A stretch of 64,000 nt of DNA, taken from positions 1,321 to 65,320 of the forward strand of contig JARRNM010000013.1 of assembly GCA_037384945.1 (NCBI GenBank), in the 5' to 3' direction. A model generated the notes under the pieces. It saw nothing but the letters and a program-made list of their open reading frames with translations, was not told the DNA's origin and did not search any database. This DNA comes from Deltaproteobacteria bacterium. GTDB taxonomy: Bacteria > Desulfobacterota > Syntrophobacteria > BM002. This document shows positions 20,554-30,448 of this stretch, piece after piece. The translations under genes were made by a program, and so were the position numbers. How positions within the stretch are numbered: the stretch's first letter is position 1; each line of letters opens with the position of its first letter.

Positions 20554-20949
20554 ATGGATCTCGTCTTATCCAAAGAAGCAATAGACAACATCATCAATGT
20601 TCTCGATGAAGATCTTCTCCGGGGTGGAGCTGACTGCGTTCTTTTGGTTGACCGCTCAGGCAACCTCATTGTCAACCGAGGCGATCCTGCTAATCTCGAC
20701 GTTGTGGCCCTAGCTGCGCTTTCCGCCGCCAATTTTGGCGCCACCGCCGAAATTGCTAAGCTAATTGGAGAAGATGACTTCGCCCTTCTCTTCCATAAAG
20801 GCAAGAATGAGAACATCCATTTCACCAAAGTGGGGAAAGGCTTCATCCTCATCACTCTATTTGGCAAGGAAGTCTCCCTGGGACTGATTAGATTGAACAC
20901 CGCGAAAGTCACCGAGACTCTGATACCTATTCTGGGCGGAGAGCAGTAA
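20554..20949 (+). CDS. mglB: Roadblock/LC7-domain protein (MglB-type GTPase-activating protein)
   Basis: Roadblock fold sequence LLVDRSGNLIVNRG...AALSAANFG. It ends 2 nt before mglA. Confidence 0.8.
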   Translation: MDLVLSKEAIDNIINVLDEDLLRGGADCVLLVDRSGNLIVNRGDPANLDVVALAALSAANFGATAEIAKLIGEDDFALLFHKGKNENIHFTKVGKGFILITLFGKEVSLGLIRLNTAKVTETLIPILGGEQ

Positions 20950-20951
20950 CT

Positions 20952-21563
20952 GTGTCATTCATTGATCTGAGTAAAAATGAAGTACAGTGCAAGATTGTCT
21001 TTTATGGACCTGGCCGGGGGGGTAAGACTACCAATCTACTCTACCTGCATCAGGCTATGACCGAGGCTGTTCGTGGCAAGATGGTTACCATCGATACCAA
21101 GGGTGACCGTACTCTGTTTTTTGACTTCCTACCCTTGGCACTCGGTAAAATTCAGGGACTGAGCATCAAGATCCAGCTCTATACAGTTCCCGGACAGGTC
21201 ATGTACAATGCCACCCGTAAACTAGTTCTCAAGGGCGTAGACGGCATTGTTTTCGTGGCCGATTCTCTAAAAGTTCAAAAAGAGAAGAACATGGAGAGCC
21301 TCGAAAACCTGAGACAGAATCTTGCTGAGGACAACTTAGACATCAAAGAAGTCCCTCTTGTTCTTCAGTTCAATAAGAGGGACCTTGGCGGTTCCAACAT
21401 TCCCATCCTCACCCTTGATGAGATGGAACAAGACCTGAATGGGGAACTCCAAGTACCTTGGTTCAGCGGCAGTGCATTAAAAGGCGACGGTGTGTTTGAA
21501 ACGCTTAGAGAGATCAGCAAGCGCACGGTCAAATACGTAAGCCGTAAGCTTTTATCTCGTTAA
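20952..21563 (+). CDS. mglA: Ras-like small GTPase MglA
   Basis: CKIVFYGPGRGGKTTN, TLFFDFLPL, YTVPGQVMYNATRKL, NKRDL. Near-identical motif set to Myxococcus MglA. Confidence 0.85.
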   Translation: MSFIDLSKNEVQCKIVFYGPGRGGKTTNLLYLHQAMTEAVRGKMVTIDTKGDRTLFFDFLPLALGKIQGLSIKIQLYTVPGQVMYNATRKLVLKGVDGIVFVADSLKVQKEKNMESLENLRQNLAEDNLDIKEVPLVLQFNKRDLGGSNIPILTLDEMEQDLNGELQVPWFSGSALKGDGVFETLREISKRTVKYVSRKLLSR

Positions 21564-21592
21564 AAACCCTCAGTTGCCAGAAGGAGGGGCAC

Positions 21593-23986
21593 ATGGATTT
21601 TACCGACGACCCCTTGGCTGGAGTCGATGCAAGCGAACTTGAGGCAGATATCGATAAGGCGATCGATGAGCTCTTCGTAAAAAAGGGTGAAGTTAAAGAG
21701 TCAGTGGTTGCCAAACCGGAAGAACCCGCTGAAGAACCGACACAAGAGCCCAAGGATGAGCCAGCGGAAGAACCCGACTTAGGGGAGCCATCCGATCTCG
21801 TAGATGATCCCCTGGCTGACCTGAAAGAGAGCCTTCTTACCTTAGACTGGGAAATCACCCCAGAGTCCATCAAGACCTTTGAAAAGGAGCTTAATCTTGT
21901 AAGCGACAAGCTGGGTGACGACCGTCACTGTATGGCGGTCATCAAGATGACTTTGGGAGTCATCCAATACCTGCGCGCTGCAAAGGAATCAGCCGCGCCC
22001 ATTTCCATTCAATTCTTGCACGGAGCCACACGAGGTCTTGACATTTTTGTGCGGGAGCCAGCACCCTCAGACTCTGAACGCAGTGAGGTAATGGATAAAT
22101 TACTCGGCCAGTTCAGGCGAGTGAAGGCAGAAATCCAGCGGGTGAAACCCCAGGAAACACCTGAAGGCGTGGAGGAACCCCCGGCAGTCGAACCGACCTT
22201 CGAGCCAGAGCCTGCCGAGGAGCTGATTTTAGAGGAAATTACAGCGGAGGAACCGGAGCTGGAAGAGTTGGCTGAGGAAGCACCGGTCTCTGAAGAGATA
22301 ATAGAAGACGAGCCTATCTTGGAGGAGGTCATACCAGAGATGGAGATAGGGGGTGCTCCATCCGAAAAAGAACCACTAATGGAAGAATTGGTGGGCGAGG
22401 AAGCAGTCGTAGAAGATGTATCCCCGGAAGAACTGGACTTCATGGCGGACCTCGAAGAGGAACCCATTCTGGAAGAACCGGCTGAAAAAGAGCCAACCCT
22501 GGAGGCAACAACTGCCGAAGAATTGACCTTGGATGAAGAGGAGCCAGTAGAACCCGGCCTGGTGGCGGATCTCGTGGAAGAGCCCATTCTGGAAGAGCCG
22601 ACTGAAAAAGAGCCAACCCTGGAAGCAACAACTGCCGAAGAATTGACCTTGGAGGAAGAGGAGCCAGCAGAACCCACCCTGGCGGCGGACCTGGAAGAAG
22701 AACCGTATCTGCCACTAGATCTCGATGAAGAACCCTCTTTCGAGGAGTTGTTCGAGGAGGAAGAGGTTTCCGCGGAAGTGGCCGAAGAAGAGCCACTTTC
22801 TGCCCCCCTTCTGGAGGAAGAACCGGAGGTAGAAGAAGTACTTGGAAAAGAATTGGAGCTGGAAGGACTTTCAGAGGAGGAGCCAGCTCTGGAGCCCATG
22901 CTGGAGGCCGAAGAGATTGCTCCCCCACCCGGGATACCGGCGGGAGAAATACCTCCATCTTTGCAAAATCTCATCCAGGAAGCAAAAGACCAGAGTGGCA
23001 TGCTTGCAGAAGCCGTGTCCAGCCTCACTCAGGAGACTGAAGACTTCTTTGGCCGCATTTTAAAAGCCATGTCTGGCAAGCCTTCACTGGCGAAGTTAGA
23101 AAAATATTTTGGTTCCGCCCACAATAAGTTGGAAGCCGAAACTTTACAGGCCCGAGAGTTATCTGGAAATCTGGTTAGAACCTTGGCCAAACTTGAGAAA
23201 AACCTTGGCCAGCAACAGCCGGAGAAGGCTACACCCCAGGCTCAGGCTGAAATAAGCTCTCAGGTCAAGACCATACAGCATGCCATTGACGACATAAGCC
23301 AGGCTGCCTCCAAATTGCAGCGAAGCCTTACCGGCGTGGCTGGAGCCCCAGTAGCCAGCTACGAGGCCACAACCTCGAAGGATGCTCGCGTGGAAACAGA
23401 AGAGTTTTCTTTGGATTCCGATGACCTCGTAGAATCTCTGGACTCCGAACCGGTACTGGACCTGCTCGAGGAGATTCCTTCAGAACCCCTGAGCCCGAAA
23501 TCTGGCGCACTGGCCACCAGATATCTAGCTGATGTGGCCAATAATACACTGGGAATACCCACGGAGGCAGTCGCCAATGTCTTCAAACTTTCCAAGGGCA
23601 AAGTCAAGGCTGTACGTAAGAGAGGTTACGTCAGACTGGCCGACTTCAAGGGAGCCTTTAGCAGTATCAAGCGGGGAGTTACCGGTCCCCTTGCGGATTT
23701 AAAGCCCAAAGAGCTTAAAAAGATACAATTCCCCCTTGTCAGTCTGCGTCCGGAGACTCTTGGCAGCGATGACACCGAGGCAGTAGCCCCCCCAGTCAGA
23801 GGTATCGTCCTTCTTAGCACCGGTCAGCGCCATGGTGCCTTGCTGACTGACGAATTTATGCAAAGGACGCCCTATGACGTCAAAGGCTATCAGAAAGCCG
23901 GACTACCAGGAGAGGTGAGTGGCACGGCCACTATCGAAGGAGACTTTGAGATCAACGTTATTGATCCGGACTACTTACTTTCTTAG
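21593..23986 (+). CDS. Hyper-acidic Glu/Pro-rich tandem-repeat protein (~800 aa) with a distinct C-terminal domain
   Basis: Two ~40 aa tandem repeats (EEPILEEPxEKEPTLEATTAEELTLxEEEPxEP) at 22430-22700, a long E/P-rich low-complexity core, and a non-repetitive C-terminal ~250 aa. Starts 27 nt after mglA. Confidence 0.7.
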   Translation: MDFTDDPLAGVDASELEADIDKAIDELFVKKGEVKESVVAKPEEPAEEPTQEPKDEPAEEPDLGEPSDLVDDPLADLKESLLTLDWEITPESIKTFEKELNLVSDKLGDDRHCMAVIKMTLGVIQYLRAAKESAAPISIQFLHGATRGLDIFVREPAPSDSERSEVMDKLLGQFRRVKAEIQRVKPQETPEGVEEPPAVEPTFEPEPAEELILEEITAEEPELEELAEEAPVSEEIIEDEPILEEVIPEMEIGGAPSEKEPLMEELVGEEAVVEDVSPEELDFMADLEEEPILEEPAEKEPTLEATTAEELTLDEEEPVEPGLVADLVEEPILEEPTEKEPTLEATTAEELTLEEEEPAEPTLAADLEEEPYLPLDLDEEPSFEELFEEEEVSAEVAEEEPLSAPLLEEEPEVEEVLGKELELEGLSEEEPALEPMLEAEEIAPPPGIPAGEIPPSLQNLIQEAKDQSGMLAEAVSSLTQETEDFFGRILKAMSGKPSLAKLEKYFGSAHNKLEAETLQARELSGNLVRTLAKLEKNLGQQQPEKATPQAQAEISSQVKTIQHAIDDISQAASKLQRSLTGVAGAPVASYEATTSKDARVETEEFSLDSDDLVESLDSEPVLDLLEEIPSEPLSPKSGALATRYLADVANNTLGIPTEAVANVFKLSKGKVKAVRKRGYVRLADFKGAFSSIKRGVTGPLADLKPKELKKIQFPLVSLRPETLGSDDTEAVAPPVRGIVLLSTGQRHGALLTDEFMQRTPYDVKGYQKAGLPGEVSGTATIEGDFEINVIDPDYLLS

Positions 23987-24056
23987 GCCGCCGTCAGCTT
24001 CAACGAACAACCTCTTCTCGTCTTAGGAAATTTATTGCCCGGGGTCCTCTCTGACC

Positions 24057-26210
24057 ATGCAAGCAAATATCAGTAACAACTCCAGCCTCAATGACTTTCC
24101 AGAAATTCAGGAGAAGATTGATGAGGCTGAACTATACCTTACCCAAGGTCTCTTCGACGAAGCCCGTCAGATCTACCAAGATCTCCTGAACGAGGTTGCA
24201 TCCCTTGCAGGACAAGGAGTTGCCGATCCTGCCAAGCTTCAATTCACCAAGAACCGCCGCGCATTCATTCAGAAGCAGCTAACCACTATTGACCGTCTGG
24301 AGGCCGAATTCCACGGGCAGCCCCTAGAGGCCTCAGCAGAAGAACCGGTCGCTCCTCAAGAAGGTAAAGGCAACGCTGCTTTCAATCGGGGACAAGCCTT
24401 CTTGGACATAGGGATGTATGCCGATGCAATTCAGGAGTTTCACCGGGCTGTCGAATTAGGGTATCAACCTACTGAATGCTCTCTCCAGATTGGCAAGGCC
24501 TATATCCAACTGGGACAATATGGGGAAGGCATTCGAGTGCTCCAGGAGGCTTACAAGCGCAAGAATTTAAGCGAGCCTGAAAGAAATCTCGTCCTAGCTC
24601 AGTTGGCCTTAGGCTATGAAACGGCTGGCGACAAGGAAGAAGCACTACAGGTTTATCAGCAACTGGCTGAACGGGATCCCAAGCATTCAACCGCGGCCAA
24701 TAAGGTCAAGACCCTGGCCCAGGAGGGTGATCGCTATTATTTCAATATGGTCAAGCTTCACCTGAAAAATAAGCAGTTTTCCAAAGCGATTAAAACTCTC
24801 AGGCAACTGGAGAAGGAGAAACAGACTTCTCTTGCTGAGATAAAGCCATTTTATGAGCAAATACTGGAGAAAGATCCGGGGAATAATGAGGCGGTTGAGC
24901 AGATCACCATTATTTACCGGCAAATGCTTGACAATGGCAGTGCCGGAGTTGACACCCGGCTTAAGCTCGCCCGCCTCCTTCTTCGGGCCGGTCAGTTCGA
25001 CAAGGCTGCCAACGAGTATCTGGAAGTAATGCTCGAGGACAACCCTTATAAAATAACCGCGCTTAGCGAGCTGGGCGAGTCCCTGTTGGAACGCCAGGAC
25101 TATGACCGCATATTGGAACTCCTTGAAGACGCTGCTCCCTGGGTAGAGTCCCTCGATCCAGGACCGGAAACCCTGAACTACTACATACTGCTCGGAAAGG
25201 CATGTGAAAAGAAAAACCTCTATGACCAGGCGCGCTCCTACTTCCAGCGAGCTGCAGCCATTGATCCCACCCATGAGGCTATTCGGGCCAAAGCTGACAC
25301 CCAGAGCAAAGATCCTCTTGTCTCCCGAGGTAAGGCCCTACTCGCACTCAAAGTGGACGAAAACATCCATTATAAGATTCAAGAGAAAATCGGCGAGGAT
25401 ACGATTCATCAGTTTTTCAAGGTCGAGGAGGTTCCTAGCGGAACTCTGCGCGTTGCCAAGTGTCTTTCTCCCGCCCTATCAGGGGAAATCACCGCGAAGG
25501 ACTTCATGGTCAAATGGGGCTACGAACAAGTGAATATGGAAAATCGCAACGTCACCCGGATTCTGGACGTGGCCGAGAGGAAGGGGCTTTATTACCTTAT
25601 TACAGAGGATTTCGACACTACCTTGGAGGATTTGCTCAAAAAGAAAACCCACCTGTCTATAAAAGAGGCGGTCCGTTTGGCCAGAGCCCTGCTCAACGGT
25701 TTGGCTTATGCCCATTCGCATCGGGGCACCGACGATACCCTGAGAAAGATATTTCACCTCGGTTTAAATCCCAAAAGGGTCCTGATCCGAGGTGAGTTGA
25801 TCAGGGCCAAGATTGCTGATTTTGGCCTCATCTCGAATTTGGCTAGCCAGTTGGGTTTTACCCTGGACTACAAAGAACTCTCTAACTACGAACTCACCTA
25901 TCTGGCGCCCGAATTGTTCAGCCGGGCGCCCACGCGCATGCCGGAAAAAATGAAACAGGCCGCAGACCTCTATTCCTTCGGCCTGGTTTTTTACCGAGCC
26001 CTCACAGGCAAGGTGCCTTTCGAAGGGCCATCACCCGAGGATTTCAAAAAACAGCACAACGAGCAATACCCCGTACCGCCGCGGGTGCATATCTCCAGCA
26101 TTCCTGCCAAACTGGATGAAGCCATTCTAAAATGTCTACACAAGGATCCCAAGAAGCGCTGGCGCACGCCTACCGAGCTGGATCTCGCTTTGGAAAAGAT
26201 TCAAACCTAG
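24057..26210 (+). CDS. TPR-repeat protein with a C-terminal degenerate protein-kinase-like domain (predicted pseudokinase)
   Basis: TPR-like helices in the N-terminal ~400 aa. The C-terminus has VAK, DFG (IADFGL), APE (YLAPELF), DLYSFG and HKDPKKRW motifs. The catalytic loop is HLGLNPKRV instead of HRDLKPxN, and the Gly-loop is degenerate. Confidence 0.7.
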   Translation: MQANISNNSSLNDFPEIQEKIDEAELYLTQGLFDEARQIYQDLLNEVASLAGQGVADPAKLQFTKNRRAFIQKQLTTIDRLEAEFHGQPLEASAEEPVAPQEGKGNAAFNRGQAFLDIGMYADAIQEFHRAVELGYQPTECSLQIGKAYIQLGQYGEGIRVLQEAYKRKNLSEPERNLVLAQLALGYETAGDKEEALQVYQQLAERDPKHSTAANKVKTLAQEGDRYYFNMVKLHLKNKQFSKAIKTLRQLEKEKQTSLAEIKPFYEQILEKDPGNNEAVEQITIIYRQMLDNGSAGVDTRLKLARLLLRAGQFDKAANEYLEVMLEDNPYKITALSELGESLLERQDYDRILELLEDAAPWVESLDPGPETLNYYILLGKACEKKNLYDQARSYFQRAAAIDPTHEAIRAKADTQSKDPLVSRGKALLALKVDENIHYKIQEKIGEDTIHQFFKVEEVPSGTLRVAKCLSPALSGEITAKDFMVKWGYEQVNMENRNVTRILDVAERKGLYYLITEDFDTTLEDLLKKKTHLSIKEAVRLARALLNGLAYAHSHRGTDDTLRKIFHLGLNPKRVLIRGELIRAKIADFGLISNLASQLGFTLDYKELSNYELTYLAPELFSRAPTRMPEKMKQAADLYSFGLVFYRALTGKVPFEGPSPEDFKKQHNEQYPVPPRVHISSIPAKLDEAILKCLHKDPKKRWRTPTELDLALEKIQT

Positions 26211-26333
26211 TTGGCATATCTTACAGCGTTTGAGGGGTAACCGCTCACTTCGATGATCAGGTTGCGGAACTGGAGAAGGAAGTGGCAAAGGGCGTTCTGA
26301 CATTAATTTTCGAGAAAGGAGCTGTAACAGAAA

Positions 26334-26723
26334 ATGGATCAGAATCCGACAGGTGAGATTACATCAACTGAGCTCGCCAGAGAACGCAGTCGGGAAGCTG
26401 CAGAGCGAACGCTCATGGCGTCGGTGCGCACCTCCCTTACGCTCATTGGCTTTGGCTTTGGTCTCGGCAAGTTACATGGGTACCTGCAAGCAGTTGGCTT
26501 GAGAGAAAAAATCGATCCCATCCACAGCACCCTGATTTTCGGACTGAGTTTTATCACCTTCGCTATCCTCGGCCTGTTCGCGGCGGTATTCCAGCATCGG
26601 CTAGTCTTGAGGCGACTTAAAGGGGGCCAGTTTGTCTATGTACCTTCCTGGCCCTTGGAGACAATAACGGCGGTTTTCCTGTTCTTCATGGGCTTGTTTG
26701 GCTTAATTGAACTTTTTATTTGA
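26334..26723 (+). CDS. DUF202/YidH-family small membrane protein
   Basis: ERTLMASVRTSLTLIGFGFG motif and two TM helices. Confidence 0.7.
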   Translation: MDQNPTGEITSTELARERSREAAERTLMASVRTSLTLIGFGFGLGKLHGYLQAVGLREKIDPIHSTLIFGLSFITFAILGLFAAVFQHRLVLRRLKGGQFVYVPSWPLETITAVFLFFMGLFGLIELFI

Positions 26724-27123
26724 ACTGGCAGCGGCACAGTTGATGCTCCACCGCTATATTTTCTTCCCAAGTGAATGAGCTATAAGCAAATGACGGCAGT
26801 TAGCAATCGCCCGTCACCCTGGTCCCGCATCACCGATGAATCGGGATCTCCGCTTCACTCCGGCAAGCTGCGGGATGGGCTCCGGCTGGGATGCAGGTAG
26901 GTCATGCCTTCAAGTCATCCGAAGACTGAATTATTGAACAGTCTGGATTTGCCAAGAGGAGGAATTCCACAATGAATGTCATGGCGGTTCTTACCCAAGT
27001 GGAGTCGGCAACGTTCCTGGTGCGCTGGGCAGCAAGATTTGCTCAAGGGCAGCCATCGGCTTCATCCGTCTCGAGAGTCTGGTAGGTAAGCCGTCATGGC
27101 TCGGTTTAATCGGAAGCCGTATC

Positions 27124-28101
27124 TTGGGCTGGCTGCCGGTTCTCGATGCTGAGGACCGGATCGACTTGTTTGATCGACTTCAGGTGGGTGCCCGGTGGAA
27201 TGTTGATTTCATCATGATGATTTCTTTGTCAACGGCCATTGCCTCTCTTGGATTGATCCAGAATTCTACTGCAGTGGTGATTGGCGCCATGGTCGTGGCC
27301 CCCCTGATGACACCGCTCATTGGCTCAGGGCTCGCTCTTGTCCAGGGAAATACCTCACTTTTTCGTGATTCTCTCAAGGCAATGTGATTCGGGATCGGTG
27401 CGGCTTTGCTCATCTCAATCTTTTTCGGCTTAACTGCCCCCATGGAAGCTTTGACCCCGGAGCTACTTGCCCGGGGAGCGCCTACCCTCATTGATCTGGC
27501 AGTGGCCTTTCTTTCTGGGGTTGCCGCCGCTTATGCCGTGGCCCGACCCTCATTACTGGGGGCCCTCGCCGGGGTGGCAATAGCCGCAGCTCTTGTGCCT
27601 CCCCTGGCAACCGTTGGCATTGCCTTTGCCACGGGCGCCTGGAAAATCTCTCAAGGTGCAGCTATTCTTTTCCTCACCAACCTGGTTGCCATTATCCTCG
27701 GTGCGGCATTTATATATCGTCGCCTCGGTATCCAAGGCACCAGGTTAGGCATCAGGTCGCCTCTGTGGATGCGACGGACGGTTCTCTCTCTGATTCTCAT
27801 CGCAGTGATGTTAACTGCGCCCCTGGGATTCAAGCTGGCCCGGCAACTGCGCGAAGGCCAGACCCGCCCATACACTTTGCCGGTAAGCCTTTCAGTTTAC
27901 CAGGCTATCAAAGAACGCATCCATCAAGAATATGGGGTAACCCTAATCTCTGCCCTTCGTTTTGGGATCAAGAGCGACACTGATGCTGCCATCATCCTGA
28001 GTGCTCAAAAGCCCGTATCCGTGAATCTCTTATCGGATCTCAAACAACTGGTAAACGATAAAATAGGGGAAAATGTTCGCGTGGCGGTTCATGTGCTCTA
28101 G
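27124..28101 (+). pseudogene. DUF389-family membrane protein interrupted by an in-frame TGA (27388-27390). A likely additional frameshift lies upstream near 27080.
   Basis: ORFs 27124..27387 and 27406..28101 are in the same frame and together match DUF389 (…SLKAM*FGIGAALLISIFFG…). An upstream RBS+ATG at 26955 opens a different frame that stops at 27083. Confidence 0.55.
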
Positions 28102-28173
28102 GAAGCAAGAGTTAAACGGACCAAATTTTGATGAGACCGGAGCGAGGGTAACTTATTCGTCAACCGTTATATC

Positions 28174-28340
28174 GTCTCCATCCGGAGACTTGCTTTTCCG
28201 TTGTCATTCTGAGGAGTCCCGCGAATGGCGGGACGACGAACAATCTCGTGGCTATGGGGATTGCGGGAGATTCTTCGCGGAGCTTGTCCTGAGGAAAACG
28301 AAGGGCTCAGAATAAAAATGTTGAGTTTCCGGATGGAGAC
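28174..28340. repeat. Family C MITE-like element, copy 1 (~167 bp). TIR GTCTCCATCCGGAGAC / GTTTCCGGATGGAGAC; internal hairpin TCATTCTGAGG ... CTCAGAATAA.
   Basis: Second copy at 44787-44958, about 80% identical. ORF 28073..28315 inside it is judged spurious. Confidence 0.65.
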
Positions 28341-28661
28341 TATATAGTTCTAATAGTTGATATTCATCAATATTTGACCAATGCTTATCAGGTGTACACT
28401 CGGATGTCTGACTTATCTAGGGTCTGTCTAAGGTCCCGGTGAGTGATTTAACCCGTCCAATCCACACTTTGCTTTGAATACCAAGGTATTATATTCTGGG
28501 TTAAGCTCAGACCATGCGGAGTTAAATGAATATCCCTTTTGATAAAATTTTAAGATGAACTTACAACTTAAATTAGGAATTCAAATGAGAGGAAAATTTA
28601 ACAGCGGAATTTTTTCTTTGCAAGTCTTCTTATAATTCCTGCACTTGGTGAAGAAGTCAAA

Positions 28662-29228
28662 ATGGATATGAATCTCGATTTGCAAGTAAGAAGATTTATA
28701 GAAAGCCATAGAGGCCAGTGGGTGGACTGGAATATTCCCGCAGTTGATGGTCAGGTTCTGTATGATCTTATCATACAGAATAAGTATAAAAAAGCAGTTG
28801 ATATTGGCACTTCCACAGGGCACTCGGCGATTTGGATGGCATGGGCATTAAGCAAAACCGGTGGAGAACTTATTACGATCGAGATAGATGAAGGGCGCTA
28901 TAGAGAGGCCCTGGCGAACTTTAAACAAGCCGGACTCGACGGTTACATCGATGCACGGCTTGCTGATGCCCATGGACTCGTTAAAAAATTGGCAGGTCCC
29001 TTTGATTTTGTTTTTTGTGATGCGGACAAAGAGTGGTATAAGAACTACTTCGTAGCCTTAGCTCCCAAACTCGAAGTTGGCGGCTGTTTTACTGCACATA
29101 ATGTCTCTTGGAGGTCTGATAGAGGCATCAAAGAGTTTCTTGATTATGTACTAAGCTTACCTAATTTCGAGACCAAAATAGACAGGTCCAGCCAACAGAA
29201 CATTTCGATTAGCTTTAAGAAGTGGTAG
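28662..29228 (+). CDS. Class I SAM-dependent O-methyltransferase (caffeoyl-CoA OMT-like)
   Basis: VDIGTSTGHSAIWMA (motif I) and FDFVFCDADK (motif post-I/II). Low-GC gene. Confidence 0.8.
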   Translation: MDMNLDLQVRRFIESHRGQWVDWNIPAVDGQVLYDLIIQNKYKKAVDIGTSTGHSAIWMAWALSKTGGELITIEIDEGRYREALANFKQAGLDGYIDARLADAHGLVKKLAGPFDFVFCDADKEWYKNYFVALAPKLEVGGCFTAHNVSWRSDRGIKEFLDYVLSLPNFETKIDRSSQQNISISFKKW

Positions 29229-29359
29229 TTTTAGGGACAATGGGCCCGAAATTTCGCTAGGAGAGTCCTTGGTTTTGCTATAACTATTGGGTATCACCAG
29301 CCCATCCCCTTCACGGAAGCTCCACATGGTTATACCAAGCTACTATCTCACCAATGGAG

Positions 29360-29557
29360 CTATGCTATTTTAGCTTCAAGCTCTTCTTCTCGAGCATGGA
29401 GAAATAAAGACTCTGCCGCTGAGTCGCTCTGATCTATTTCCAAAAATCTGCTTCTGAGGGCCGGACATTCCAGGAATAGATTTAAGCGCTTCTCCAGGTC
29501 CCCTTTCCTGTATTCCTCCAAAATACTCTCGCTCCTGGTCATTTCTTTATCCTCCAT
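29360..29557 (-). CDS. Hypothetical small acidic protein (65 aa)
   Basis: ORF immediately downstream of the hydrolase gene. No motif. Confidence 0.3.
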   Translation of the reverse strand: MEDKEMTRSESILEEYRKGDLEKRLNLFLECPALRSRFLEIDQSDSAAESLFLHAREEELEAKIA

Positions 29558-30448
29558 TTACTTTATCTTATCCCCCAAGTAATCCAAGGCGCTATTTACT
29601 ACCGAGCTTTCAGTCAGGATTTTTTTGTGACCCAAACGCTCGGTCGTGTGCAATTCAATGTTTGGAAACCTTTCTGAGATCTCTCTGGAATCATCATATG
29701 GGATAGTGGGGTCATTCTTGTCGTGAACTATCAGAATCTTTGAGTCGATTTTTCTCAATAGATTGATCGGGTTGTCTCGCTGCATATTGTAGCCGAACTC
29801 ATCTTCATACTCTTTTATAAGGATTTCATAGATGGTCCGGGGGATACCGACATGATCGAAAAAACCATACAAGACTTCCTTGAGCCTCAAGGCCGGGGCG
29901 ATGAGAACCACTTCCAGGGGATGATTTTCTTTTTCCATGCTGTTGACCACAGCCGAACCTCCCAGGGAGTGGGCAATTACACCCCGGATATTGTAACCAT
30001 CACGAGACCTTATCAGGGCCCTGATGGTGTCGCTAAACTCGAAGTAACTTGATGTTCTCCCCTGAGACTCTCCATGGCCTGGAGCGTCATAGGTAAGTAC
30101 CGAATATCCTCTTTGTATAAGTGGTTCAATAAAGCGATGTAATTGGATCCCCCTGCCGTTCCATCCGTGAGCCAGGAGAACGCCGGGGCCACTCCCCCAC
30201 TTCCAACACTTTACAGCCTTGTCGCTTATAGAAATCTCAAATCTCTCGCCGTTGTCAAGATACTCTCTTTCCACAGGAGTGATTTTGTAGATAGCGGGGG
30301 TGAAGAGCATCCTCTTGATGATTCCTTTCGAAAGACTGGCTGTATGGTTCCAGAGTAAATTGAAAAAGGTGTGAGTAACTTTTTGTCTCAGCTTGTATAA
30401 ACGAACGTTCGTGCTATTACATCCCAATGCTAAAATTTTAGTAGACAT
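29558..30448 (-). CDS. Alpha/beta-fold hydrolase (esterase/lipase-like)
   Basis: HGWNGRG oxyanion region and the nucleophile elbow AHSLGG. Confidence 0.8.
   Translation of the reverse strand: MSTKILALGCNSTNVRLYKLRQKVTHTFFNLLWNHTASLSKGIIKRMLFTPAIYKITPVEREYLDNGERFEISISDKAVKCWKWGSGPGVLLAHGWNGRGIQLHRFIEPLIQRGYSVLTYDAPGHGESQGRTSSYFEFSDTIRALIRSRDGYNIRGVIAHSLGGSAVVNSMEKENHPLEVVLIAPALRLKEVLYGFFDHVGIPRTIYEILIKEYEDEFGYNMQRDNPINLLRKIDSKILIVHDKNDPTIPYDDSREISERFPNIELHTTERLGHKKILTESSVVNSALDYLGDKIK

Noticed and set aside
22009-23028. 339-aa Ser-rich ORF (and the 172-aa Pro-rich ORF at 22440..22958) on the minus strand
   Set aside because: They lie entirely inside the acidic repeat-protein gene. Antisense of GAA/GAG-rich repeats trivially yields open TCT/CTC frames. 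No start context.
27388-27390. TGA in DUF389 as selenocysteine or a recoded sense codon
   Set aside because: TGA terminates thrS and other genes here. No SECIS-like hairpin immediately downstream. Sec in a TM segment is implausible.
28073-28315. 80-aa ORF (and 44784..44978, 64 aa)
   Set aside because: Both are translations of the two family-C repeat copies. Frames are not conserved between the copies.
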